From Octopus vulgaris (taxonomy: Eukaryota): DNA of 64,000 bases. A program made the position numbers and the translations under genes. The stretch is from positions 5,208,001 through 5,272,000 of the forward strand of contig OX597830.1 of the NCBI GenBank assembly GCA_951406725.2, read 5' to 3'. Below the pieces are notes generated by a model. It did not search any database and had not been told where the DNA came from. It saw nothing but the letters and a program-made list of their open reading frames with translations. Below are positions 27,170 to 39,739 of this stretch, piece after piece (position 1 is the first letter of the stretch; each line of letters starts with the position of its first letter).

Positions 27170-27300
27170 TTGGCTAACAGCTGTTTCCAGTAATCATTAG
27201 AGGTTCGTTATTGATAGGTTTACTTAATCAGTCCATTGATCAGTTGAGAAAAAAATTGAACAACCTAAAAAGTTAGTAGCACTTTCATCAGAGTCCTCTT
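27170..27300 (-). ncRNA. Degenerate Penelope-type minimal hammerhead ribozyme motif
   Basis: Minus strand gact-CTGATGA ... GAAACAGCTGTT-agcc: core boxes, palindromic stem III and imperfect stem I. Confidence 0.45.
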
Positions 27301-28047
27301 TCTGGTTATATCAAAGCAGAACACTGAAGTAATGGTATCAGAACAAGGGAGTGGGGGCAGCAAAGGGAGGCAGGTAAGTGGAAGATCAATAGAGAAAATG
27401 GGAAGAGAAGTAATGGGTTTGAAGAGAGAGGAAGGAATAGAAAGAATTGAGGAGGGGAGGCAGTCTGTGGAAGAGAGGGCAAAGGATGGCCAAAATTAAG
27501 GAAAGGACAATCACAAGAACATTAGTGTTTGTAATTGAGTCACCACACACGGAAATATCTGCGCTGTTTACAGGTCAAATACTTTCTACATAAAGTGTTG
27601 ATATAGGTTTGGTGATACAAACAGAAATATTTAATATATACAATTGTTTTTGCATGTGAATAAATTCTCTCTAAACCAATTTTTGTTTTATTTAATATTT
27701 TATTGAAAAAAACTGGTTATCAAGTGTTGCTCATTGAATATAGAAGAGGAATTTTATGATTTTTGAAGAATTGTATGTGTTTATACAACTAAATAAGTCT
27801 GGGAACCATTGGCAAAAGCAAAAAATATATAATAACATCAAAAAAGAAATATAATTTGTCAACAGCTAAAATGAACTGTGCTTTTTGTGTTTCCATTTTT
27901 GCCATAGAAAAAGTGATTAGTGGTTCATTTTTGCATTTGTTTTGAATACAGTTTACTTCTTTTTTTTATTACTTTTTTAATTAGAGAAAAAATAAATACC
28001 AGCCAGCAATCAGTATTTGGAGCACTAGCATCTGCCATTTGTTTACA

Positions 28048-28099
<52 letters not shown>

Positions 28100-28122
28100 A
28101 CAGAGAGAGAGAGATGCATTCC

Positions 28123-28160
<38 letters not shown>

Positions 28161-28891
28161 CATAATTTTTGTCTATACTTGCCATCTCTGAAGAGTATAG
28201 GGTATTACTTAACTGTGTAACATCAGGTTTTAGTATCTAGTACAAAACCAATAGGTAAGATCAACTGTAATGGATCTGTAACTAGACCCAGAATTGAAAC
28301 TTACATTTTTCAGTTACCAGGTCCATACCACACGTGGTACATGTTCATATCATGCAGTTTGTCCTGATTCTCAACCAATCAACTTGTAGTGATATCATAC
28401 CATATCATTAATTAAATCAAATGTTCTATGACCTTTTCCCATGTTTTTCTTAATATTAAGGTGAAAAACCTGCCAAGAACAATCACTGAGGTAACAACTG
28501 GAGAACACACATTCTCACCTCTTGCTACAAGCAAGCGTGGTCTAATACAGCAGAAACGATGTCAAGACTTCATTTACTGAATTTCTGCCAGAAGTCCTGT
28601 ATAAAGGACTTCTTGTATAATGACAAACCAACCTCTTTCCAGCACCTTGAGCCTTATCTTTCCTCATTGCAATGGATATTAGTTACACTGCAGCTCAATT
28701 CTAATCTCCTACACTCCCACCACAATCATTAGAAATTTATAAATAAATCTTACAATAAATATATTCTATTATGTTTGCATCAGTTCATGATGGTATAACA
28801 CGCAGCCTAAACAGCAACTAATAACACAGCAGTGAATTTACGATATTGGTAACAATATACCATATCAGCAGAAAAGATCTATAATACTGTA

Positions 28892-28947
<56 letters not shown>

Positions 28948-29146
28948 TATACATATTGACACACAATTTTTTCCAAAATTTCAAGTTTCATTTTGTAGAT
29001 GTGATGTGTCAAAATAAGACCAATTTATCTTTTGTAATAAATTCCAATATAATCGTAGAGAGAGAGGGGGAAAGGAAAAGAGGGGGAGAGAGAGAAAAAC
29101 AGACAATCCATGGCAGGCAATCTCCGAGCAAAATAATATTACCAAC

Positions 29147-29243
29147 TTGTTTGTCAAATTGAAAGTGGACGTCTATGCCCATGATTACCCCCACTTCTTG
29201 TGGTGGAAGACGTGGTGTAAAATCTTCATCCCCAGAACATACA
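29147..29243 (-). CDS. Candidate exon (phase 2 start, VCSGDEDFTPRLPPQEVGVIMGIDVHFQFDKQ)
   Basis: Acceptor aaatttacag; single open frame; donor either gttggt (phase 0) or gtaata (exon extends to 29143, phase 1). Confidence 0.45.
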
Positions 29244-31008
29244 CTGTAAATTTACAATAATGATTTACAGTAGCTTCAGGCAATGGTTCAGTCCATATGT
29301 TGTTCAGTGTTTCTACTGGAAATTGTTTCCAAAATTCTGCACCTCGACAAACCAACTAATCGTGCAGAGATAGCAGTAAAAAATCCGGTAAATTTTCAGA
29401 GTAACACTCGCACGATTTTCACTAAGAAAAAAAAAACTCGGATTTTTTGCGTGGAATCAAGTACCCTGGCCTCGTAATATGCTGCGAATCCCATATTTTG
29501 GCTCGGAAGGAAATTTACCAAAAATCCAACCGCCCCAAAATTCCACCCTGCTGACTTTGAAAGAACAAAAAGTAGCAAATAATAATACGAAAAGATGACA
29601 GTCTGTTGGAAGTATATGGAATGTCATGAGTGGAAAGTCTTCATCTGGTTCCTGATCTTTTCGAGGCTTAAAGTACGTAACATGTTCAATAGTACGTGTT
29701 TTTTTTTCTTTGGAGAGCCTTTCTCTTCCCCCTCCCTCTCTCTCTCGATCTGCCTCTCTCCCTCTCTGTTTCTTTCAATTTCTCTCTTTCGTTGGATGTC
29801 TGTCTCTCTGCCCCCTTCCTTGTCTTTCTCTTCCTGTCTTCTCGTCTCTCCTCTTACTATTTCCCCGTCTCTCTCTCTCTCTCTCCTTCTCAACAACAGT
29901 GAAGTTTCTATGAAAACCGAATCAGTGACAGATCCAAGACAATTATGCATTTAAACGTGAACCTGTTTTAATCTCCTTCTGTCATTCAGGGATTCCACAT
30001 GAGTAAATTAATACTACCTTACGAACCAATGAGCGAAACCGTAATTACTAAGATTAATCAAATTCACACAATGACACTCGTACAGCATATTCTATAAATA
30101 ATAAAACACCATATTTTAGAATTCTTGCGAGTATTTGTGAAGTCCAGTATGATGTTTCTATGTAACTTCTATTTTCTATCGGAAGACGTTGCTTAAGTTC
30201 AGACTGGGGAACTTTTCTCATTAATAAAATAGAAGTAGGCTTTTTACGTTAATACAAATAACTTAATTGCAATATCATCTTGCAGGCATTTCTAAGAAAA
30301 ACATGCAGAAAAGTATCACATTCTCATATTTCTTTATACATTCGAAACCTTCTGTTATAAATTGTCTATCAAGAAATTATTATTTCAACTACTTTCAGCT
30401 TTTTTTTTCCTTCTGTCATGGCAGAAGTTACAATCAAAAACCAAACGACACGCGCCCACGTGACAGCATTACTGTCGTCTGCATTTGCGAACAGACGACA
30501 AATCATGACCACACACACACATATGCACGGACGATTAAAGACACATACAGAAAGACGCACACAGAGGCACACACAGTTATATACAACCACGCAAGAGCTA
30601 ATGCAGTTTCGCACCCTCCTTTGAAAAATGCATTTAAAAAATATATTTTTTCGGATTCCTAGGTTTTAGATGTCGGAGATTACATTAGGGCCACCTCGCA
30701 CTTACCACTCTCTCTCTCTTCCTTTACCATTCCATCTATGTTCTGATTCCTGTTCCTTGTGAGTTTGCCCTGCCACTTCGCCATCATCTCTCTCTCTTTC
30801 TTTTCCCTCTGCCTGGGTAACCATGTAACTCCTTTACAGTAACACACCTGTTTCTGTCCTCATTTTCAATCACTCTTTCTCTCTCACTGGCCAGGTAACC
30901 ATGTACCTCCTCTACAGCAACATACCTGTCGCTCTCCCACTCTCTATCTTTTACTTGGTGACATGTATATATTCGAAAGTAATATATAAAATTATAAAAT
31001 ACAATTAG

Positions 31009-31122
31009 GGGCACTACTTAAATACAGAGGTCCCGATGCATCTATGTAGCGATATGTTTTTACAGCGCACATTCGTTAGGGTTAGAGAAATGCGTCGGGA
31101 CCTCTGTATTGAAGAGGTACCC
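31009..31122. mobile_element. MITE with about 33-bp TIR and 6-bp TSD (AATTAG)
   Basis: gggcactacttaaatacagaggtcccgatgcat / atgcgtcgggacctctgtattgaagaggtaccc; aattag at 31003-31008 and 31123-31128. Confidence 0.8.
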
Positions 31123-31239
31123 AATTAGGGTCTCTAAGAAGACCAGCGGACACTGGGGACCAGGTCGTTAACTGTAACTTTCTGGCCGTCCCAAGTCGAA
31201 GTGCTTCAACGTATTTACCGATTATTATTATTATTATTG

Positions 31240-31372
31240 GTACTTGTATCGCAGAGTAGCCGGACGTAGGCAGTCGATCCTACAGCTTATAGGATCGACT
31301 GTCTACGTCTGGCTAGCACGGACGCGCGTCTGCGCGCGTGCGCAAACCGGGACCACTCTGCGATACAAGTAC
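31240..31372. mobile_element. GC-rich MITE-like element with an internal 26-bp hairpin
   Basis: Perfect 18-bp TIR gtacttgtatcgcagagt; stem 31257-31282 / 31290-31315. Confidence 0.75.
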
Positions 31373-32514
31373 TATTATTATTTTTATCTTATACTAGTGT
31401 ATGCATATACAGCTGCATGCGTGTGCACATATACGCGAGTACTGTCCAAATCTCCGACCAATCACATACATCTAACTGGCATTCAATTGCCGTATCAAGT
31501 TTCGGGCATTTTAACTGGGTTTTGGATAGAAAATTCACAAAAAGTCACTTCTATTGATTTTTTAATGGCTTTGCAGGGTGACTGGGGAAATGTAAAGATG
31601 TGCACGGCCACCCTTGGATGGTTTTGAATGATCATAGAAAGTGTGAGCCCTCTAACTAAAAAATTGTGGATTTGTATAAAGGACACACACACAGACATTT
31701 TGCCGTTTATATATATAGAGATTATCAGAAACGGTCATTTTAACAGACTGTTGGCGCAATGTCAGTTTAAGCCATGGACACACTTGGCACACCAATGTGC
31801 TAAGGGCCTAGTGCTGCTCGATAAATGCTTTGAAAAATATATATTATAGCATTTAGAGAACTACTTGAGCCTGGAAGGTCCCACAATACTTATAAGACGG
31901 CCTTGAATTGACGTGAATATCAGTAACTTCCGAATGTTTCTGATAAACAGTCTCCCTTCTGTGAAGGTCGTACTGAAATATTTTTACAGAAACACCATAA
32001 ATAGTTGAGGTGAAATGGAAAATAAATATTGAACAACATTTGGAATTTACAGATAACTTGGGCGAAGGTAAAGAATACGCACACCCCGTGGTTTGGGTTT
32101 AGGGTTAGGGTTACACCGAAAGCCTGTGGTGTGCATATACTTTACCTCTGCCATAATTTTTTCTCGACGTGCCTTACAAGAATTAAAATGTTACAACAGT
32201 TGATTTTGACTACCTGTAAATCACCAGTTTATTATGTATAGAAACCCCATTTCATGCAATCAGAGCTCTTCGTTCGCGTGATAGTCTGGCCACAATCACT
32301 AGAAAAACAAACACGGAATTTTGTCGGTGAACAGGTCGTGGTCTCAAAGCGACGAACATATTTTGACAAATTAAATTTAAATGTTGAAGTGAATCGAACG
32401 GATTTTGTGTGTTTCTTAAATGGCTTACAAACACCTTCCACGCTGCAATTGTTTTCGTTTTCAGATCAGGTCACTTGCTATGCAAGTACATCTCCGTAAT
32501 CACTAGAACGTTTG

Positions 32515-32865
32515 TCATATTATTATGGCCGAGTACCCGGCACTGCAGCAACAAAGTCCATCCACCACACTTCCCGGTCCATCCTCACTGCCTCCAAGTC
32601 CTGAATACATTCCAGGCCAGCATCTGCAACCAAGATGTCTATGTAAAGGTGACGACGTTTCCGTCTTCTTATATCACCGATAAAGTGGTTACCTCAAGAC
32701 TAACTTGGATGCTTCCAGCTCCGAGTGGCGCACACAGTGACCAGATAGTCGAAGCCGCTAACATTTGGCAGATCTCCATTAAGGCATTCATCTGCCACAT
32801 GTTGCTGCAATTTCACATTTAGGGCCATTCGTAAAATCCTCTCAACCACATTATAGTGTCGTGTG
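32515..32865 (-). mobile_element. RTE LINE 3' end fragment (second family)
   Basis: Translates RILRMALNVK...RLRLSGHCVRH..ASKLVL...YIDILVADAG..MDREVW, followed by a (TAA) tail. Confidence 0.8.
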
Positions 32866-33419
32866 GACAGACACAATATTTTTATGGCTTATATTCACTG
32901 GATTCGATATAATGCATTTTCTACTAAATGTACGAGCATTTACATTCTACGTGCCTATATCGAAACAAATCCATAAATTCTATTTTCTGAAAGTCTGTTT
33001 TCTAAGTTTACGTATATTATACTTCTCAAAAAAGAGGGGAAAAGAGAGGAAAACTGGGAAAAATACTTTATATTTTAGTACGAATTTATAATATATAAGA
33101 CATTTATAATAACAAAACCATTTTGTTAAAGTTCTATGTACAATAAAATATTTCATTCAATTTTGTTTTTTAATTTTTTGTTTCTACATCACGGAAAGAG
33201 AAAAACATTTGTGATATTACAAGAACAACCATTACATTTTCTATCTGTTTCACAAAGAATTTCTGTTGTATTGAATCAAATTGCTGTTAATAGAAATAAA
33301 TTACTTGGTTTTCCTATCCAATATATACAATTCTCAGTGAAAAATTACTTGTATTGACGAATTAGCAAGGCAGAAAATCGCTGAAGAAGACACACAAAGA
33401 AAGCAGATAGTACACCTAC

Positions 33420-33433
33420 CTTCGTGACGCCAT
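33420..33433 (-). CDS. Candidate first coding exon (MASR, phase-2 donor)
   Basis: ttaATGGCGTCACGAAG|gtaggt; good Kozak-like context; phase matches the exon at 29243; lies next to a CpG-rich block. Confidence 0.4.
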
Positions 33434-33589
33434 TAATATATCCCCAACTATCTTGACTGTAAATCCAATTGAAATAATTTCAGGGGAATTATTGCAGCTT
33501 TTTTGCATGAAAGATGTTTAATATCTTCTAGTTGTATCATAATGTCCATTATATTGTCCAAATAAATAATTATAGTGAGTCTAATACAA

Positions 33590-33860
33590 CAGCTCACCGT
33601 TCTATTGATGACAAATATTCGAGGACATTTCGTAAAGTCGAAGAATGTCAAAGAAATGCTGCGACTGAGACCCTCGTGGCTTGGAAGTTTCTGGATGAGC
33701 CTCTATCTGGTCGCGAAATTCTTCCCTCAAGAGAATTCCGGACCCCTTACTCTTTTCCTCTCTACTGGCAGACAGAAACCTTTTTGTCACTATTGAAAAG
33801 AAACTTCGCTATCACTATAAGTGCTACTGTCTCTAACTACCTGTCGGGCAAACGAATAGA
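33590..33860 (-). promoter_or_regulatory. CpG-enriched unique block, possible promoter or 5' UTR
   Basis: Locally high CpG density directly upstream of the candidate first exon. Confidence 0.3.
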
Positions 33861-34379
33861 TATATGTAAATAGTATTTCTTCCTTCTTTCCGCCCAGGTT
33901 GACTTTGCCTTTCATCCTTTCGAGGTTGATTAAATAAGTACCAGTTACACACTGGGGTCGATGTAATCGACTTAATCCCTTTGTCTGTCCTTGTTTGTCC
34001 CCTCTATATTTAGCTCCCTGTGGGCAATAAAGAGATAAATATTTCTTCCCTCTTAAGGCGGCGAGCTGGCAGAAACGTTAGCATACCAGGTGAAATGCTT
34101 AGTATTTCGTCTGTCTTCCCATTCTGAGCTCAAGTTCCGAACGTGGTCGATTCCAGTGTCGCCTGACTGACTCCCATGTTGGTGGCACGTAAAAAACACC
34201 CACTACACTCTCTGAATGGTTGACGCTAGGAAGAGCATCCAGCTGTAGAAATCTTGCCAGATCAGATTGGAGCCTGGTGCAGCTTCCTGGCTTGCCAGTC
34301 CCCAGTCAAACCATCCAACACATGCCAGCATGGAAAATGGTCTTTAAACAATGATGATGATGATTATGAAAGGAACATA

Positions 34380-34930
34380 TTCTAGGTAAATGTACATGCA
34401 GCTGTTCATTAGAAAATATTGCTTCATAAAGAAATAATGCAACTCTCTTGAGTGTTTGTCCTTAAGGTTCATTTATTGTTATTGGAAATGCTAAACTTAT
34501 TGTGAACTGATAACTCTCTAAAATGAAAGATAAATTGGCATCGCTTGGGCAGAGTTTGATCTGTGGAATTAAAACCTTTGGCCCTGATTTCACATTATTA
34601 ATCAGCTCTCCTTCAATGCAGCTATCGTTTGGCTTAATAATCTCCATTCTTGTACTGCTGTATAATCCTTAAGAGCACAACCATTGCTGCGTGCTTTAAA
34701 TTTAATTGATGGGGGTAACATTTGCTTCTGATAACACTGTCTTCTTCATTCATGCTAGAACGCCTTTCTTGTATTCAGACACTGAATCAATGTTGAATTT
34801 GCTAAATTTTGCCATCTCCTAATCTTTCTTTCTATCTTCTAATTCATTCTCTTGCTGCTGCAGTTTACCTTTCCATTGTGACTATGTTATTAAAATTATT
34901 GAAAATGCATTAAAAGACTTAGGCTTATAA
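34380..34930 (-). pseudogene. Helitron PIF1-like helicase C-terminal relic
   Basis: VLIPQIKLCPSDANLSFIL..QFTISLAFPITINEP*GQTLKRV..L...FS.EQL matches helicase motifs (AFAMTINKSQGQTL, FSHGQLYVA). Confidence 0.85.
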
Positions 34931-35169
34931 GAAATGTTTTAAACAATCTTAGCTATGGAATGAAATCTAAGATATAGTTTATCTACAATAGTATCTGTTA
35001 TAATTATGAGAACATCACTTCAAAAACTTTTATACACTGTAATTCATCTATATTTTAATGTTGCAGTCAAGTGTATATAGGATTTGAACCCACTGTCTCA
35101 GTAAGCAAAATAAAGTAGCTGTCCGTCCCACTAAGCTAGGGATTCTAAAAAATAGTATTCATATTCTCT

Positions 35170-35550
35170 ACTCTTGGCACAAGGCCCGAAATTTGAGGCG
35201 ATGGGACCAGTTGATTAGATCGACCCCAGTACGTAACTGGTACTCAATTATTTGACCTCAAAAGGATGAAAGGCAAAGTCAACCTCGGCAGAATTTGAAC
35301 TCAGAACATAAAGACAGATGAAATAGCTATTTCTTTACTACCCACAAGGGGCTAAACACAGAGAGGACAGACAAATGGATTAAGTCGATTATATCGACCC
35401 TAGTGCGTAACTGTTAATTATTTAATCGACCCCGAAAGGATGAAAGTCAAAGTCGACCTCGGTGGAATTTGAACTCAGAATGTAGCGGCAGATGAAATAC
35501 CGCTAAACATTTCGCCCGGCGTGCTAACGTTTCTGCCAGCTCACCGCCTT
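35170..35550 (-). mobile_element. Two tandem copies of SINE family B (Meta-domain-like)
   Basis: Core gcctttcatcctttcggggtcga. Further copies at about 12040-12240, 33895-34150, 36575-36960, 37343-37550, 55100-55230, 60380-61085 and 63405-63730. Confidence 0.85.
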
Positions 35551-35565
35551 TAATAGTATTCATAT

Positions 35566-36218
35566 TGGTGCAGGAATGGCTGTGTTTTAAGAAGCTTGCT
35601 TCCAAACCACATTGTTCCAGGTTCAGTTCCACTGTATGGTACATGGGGCAAGTATCTTTTACTATAGTCTCAGGCTAACCAAAGCCTTGTAAGTGGATTT
35701 GGCAGACAGAAACTGAAAGAAGCCCACCATATATAAATATATATATAAATATTTTCTTTCCTTCGATTCCTTCTCTCCCCCTCTCTCTCTCTCGGTCACT
35801 GTCCCCTCTCTCTCTTACCCCCTTTTCTCTCTCTTATCCTCTTGCAACTTGCTGCCTCGTTTCCATCGGCCGCTTGTTCAATAACATGTGTCTCATCACC
35901 GAAAAGGTACTTATTTTTCCACGCTGTTGATATTGTTTTTGTGTCTCTCTGTTTGTCTCAAAGCCGTAGGGCGCCTATGTCATCCATGTTTTTAACCGTT
36001 ACTGTCCCCAAAAAAAGATTTTTCGTTTCATGTTCGTCTCTGTTGCGTTTCATTCTTTCCTTCTGTGGCTGGCTGATTCAGAGCGGATCTCAGAATTAAA
36101 CAGCCGAAATCTGCGATCAGGGATCAGTTTCTGACTGAAGAATGAAGGCTTTGAATGACCCGTTTGTTTTTTTGTTCGTCCCTTCGTGTATTTCACGTTA
36201 TTTATTTATATAAAGGTC

Positions 36219-36257
<39 letters not shown>

Positions 36258-36530
36258 CATATACACTCACACACATATATAAGTGTGCATGTGTGTGTAT
36301 ATGTGTATGTGTCTTTGTGTTATTGTTTATTCCAACCAGTGCTTGACAACTGTTGTTGGTGTGTTTATATCCCTGTAACTTAGCAGTTTGGTAAAAAAGA
36401 CTGATAGAATAAGTTCCAGACTTAAAAAAAAGGAAAATAGGTTCTAGGGTCAATTTGCTTGACTAAAATACTTGAAGATGTTGCCCCAGCATGGCTGCAG
36501 TCTAATGAATGTAACTAGTAAAAGACACAA
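35566..36530 (+). mobile_element. SINE family A split by an unclassified insert of about 480 bp (35745-36220)
   Basis: Head at 35566-35740 and tail at 36290-36530. Confidence 0.7.
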
Positions 36531-37706
36531 GATATACATACATTTATACACACACATATGTATGCCGGGGGGGGGGGGGGTAAGTTGATTACATCGCCCC
36601 CCCCAGTAATCAACTGGGTTTTTTTTTATCAACCACGAAAGGATGAAAGACAAAGTTGACATCAGTGGAATTTGAATTTAGAGCATAAAAACAGGCAAAA
36701 TACCACTTGTAGACCTTGTGCCAAAATTCGGAAGTAATTTTCATTTCAAATTTAGGCACAAAACCAGCAATTTTGTGGGATGGGTTAAAAAAATCAATGA
36801 CATCATCCCCGGTGTTCATCTGGTACTTTTTGACCTAGAAAGGATGAAAGGCAAAGTTGACCTCAGCAGAATTTGACTCTGAATTGAACTCAGAATGTGA
36901 GGACAAATGAATGCCGCTAACCATTCTACCCAGTATTCTAGCAATTCTATCAGCTCACAGCCTTCAAAATTGAAAGTAATATTAACATGAGGTGTAGCTT
37001 TCTTTGGATTTGTCACATTTTGAGTAGCATGCCTTTGCACTTCAAAAGCAAAAGATAGCAGTGAAATACGGAATAAACTGAAGTTCCATGAAGTTCTTAA
37101 ACTTCGAGATGCATCTGAAAATGTCAATTATGTCACTTTTCTGTGGAAGATTTTTCACACATAATCAGCAGTTGCCTTAAAATAGCACCAAGATGTAGTT
37201 CCCGTTGCAGCATAATGTTGTTGCTAAAACAATATTATAACGGCCCAGTAGCTATGGGTGTTGAGAAGTAGCAATACAATATATAGGTGGTGGTTCCAAA
37301 TCTCTTCCAGAAATTACAAGGGGTATAATTAAAAATTTTAATAAGGTGACGAGCTGACAGAATCGTTAGCATGCCAGGCAAAATGCTTAGTGGTATTTTG
37401 TCTGTCTTTACGTTCTGAGTTCAAATTCCACCGAGGTCAACTTTGCCTTTCATCTTTTCGGGGTTGATAAATTAAGTACTAGTTGTGTACTGGGATCAAT
37501 CTAATCGACTGGCCCCCTTCCCCCAAAATTTCAGGCCTTGAGCCTAGGAAGGAATGCCTTCCATAGAAAACATATCTGGCTATTGGAAATATTGCCTTGC
37601 TTAGAAATAGATGAGGGTTGACAACAGAAAGGGCATTAGGCCAGAGAAAATCTGCCTCTGCAAATCCCATCTGATTTACGCAAGCATGGAAGTGTGGAAG
37701 TTGAAA

Positions 37707-37887
37707 CGATGATGATGATGATGATGATGACGACGACGATGACAACAACGATGATGATAAAGATGATGAGGATAGTGATGATAAGGATAATGATGATGAA
37801 GGTAGTGGTGGTCATCGTGGTCATGGTGCTAGTGATGGTGGTCGTTAAGGGGAAGATGACGATGACGACGACGACGACGACGACGAC

Positions 37888-37931
<44 letters not shown>

Positions 37932-37942
37932 TGGTGATGATG
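37707..37942. repeat. (GAT/GAC)n trinucleotide low-complexity tract
   Basis: Seen directly; extends an RTE-like tail. Confidence 0.9.
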
Positions 37943-38495
37943 TGTATACATAATGCACATAATTCAATTCATGCATGACAGTACAAAGAATATTGGTGGA
38001 CCATTCTCATCAAATCTTCTGCCAAAACAGGTCTGAGATAGTTGTTTGGGACAGAAAAGTATATCCAATCTACCACTAAAGGGGTCATCTCCTTTGTAGA
38101 TGGGAACATTTGAAAATCAATGAAAAGGAGAATTTTTATAGACAAAAACTTCCCTACTCTGATTATAATTTCTCATTTATATGAGAAATTAATTATATGA
38201 CAAATTAGTGCCCTTGATTATGTTCATAACTATTTAAATAACAATCTTGAAAATTTAAGATTCTAGGCAAAGAAAGAGACCAGCTCGTACTCACTTTACA
38301 AATACAATCTTTAAGTAGCACAGTGAAAGTGTGCAAAATTTTCCTGAAGTTCAGCACGTAACATCATTTTCATTATCCAAATTCCAGGGAATTTATCATT
38401 TTGTTAGAAACCAGCTTCTTCCTTGTCAGAGGAATTAAAGCAATTTCAAAAGAGAAAGAAACACATGTACCCACATATACTTACACATACAAACA

Positions 38496-38540
<45 letters not shown>

Positions 38541-38566
38541 ATAAATATATATATATACACATACAT

Positions 38567-38609
<43 letters not shown>

Positions 38610-39739
38610 TCATACACAAACATTCACATATGTTTACATGTGCAGGTACACATATGCATATGTATAAGTGGTTTCGTTATATGGTTTATATTCCTTTTTC
38701 TTTCTTTTTTTTTTTTGAAGAATTCTAAGTAAATTCAGCTACATGCAAATAGTAAAGGAAGTTATGTCACATTGTACAGTAGGAGAAAACTAAAATATAT
38801 TCAGTTTCACCTTTAATAAAATCTAATTTTGAAGTAAAAAAACAAACAAAAACCAATGTTTTAGAACCAGAATAAAATGGTAAACAGCTCTAGCAATGTT
38901 GAGTTGAAGATTTGAACTTGTTAAAGGCGAAAATATTGAATAAATTTGGTTTTCTCACAACTGCTGCTGTGTTAAATAGCTTTATCTATCTTCCTGTTTT
39001 TATACTTAGACTACAATACTTCAAGTGAAATACAAGATTTTAGCCTAAATTAACTGAGTTGTTTTCTAAGAGAAAGAAAAGAAAAAAAAAAAAAGAAATG
39101 GACGTTGAAAGTTTTAAATATTTAAAATTATTGACTTATATTTTTAGAGTTTTGCAGATAAGAATTTTAATCTACATTGTATTCATGTTTCTTCTGACTG
39201 AATTAATTGGATATCAAACTACCAGCTGAATGGTTACCTGCTTGGGCTGTGGCACAGTCAGTGAGTTGTTGTTTAATCTCGTCACAGCCCTGATCAAGCA
39301 GATCTGAGATCACCATCATTACAGACACAACTTTCTTGTCTTTGTTTTAATGTCATAATGCATCTAGGACTATATCATCTATAGGTTTCCTTCCTGACCA
39401 CATACTTCCAGGTTTAGTCCCACTGCCTGACAACTGCCTTCTACTATATCCTTGGGCCAACCAAAGCCTTATGAGTGGATTTGGTAGACAGAAACAGAAA
39501 GAAGCTTGTCATGTATATATGTATATATGTATATTGACCTGCTTGCTTAGCCAGTGGGGTGGCATCATTTGAAGGCTAAAACAATGCGAAGTGCATTGTG
39601 ACCAGCGATGACATCTGATAGCCTGGTCAGTCATGGTGATCATGGTGATATATATATATATCATCATATTCATATATATATATATATATCAGAGGTGACT
39701 CCAGGTCATCAGCAATCACTCAGGTTCATCACAGATTTT

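Noticed and set aside
32098-32113. Interstitial telomere
   Set aside because: Only about 2 units; such motifs are common inside small transposons.
31860-32500. Additional minus-strand exons (acceptors near 31972 and 32299) or a Fanzor/TnpB-like ORF
   Set aside because: Phases could not be joined consistently, and no RuvC or zinc-finger motifs or long ORF were seen.
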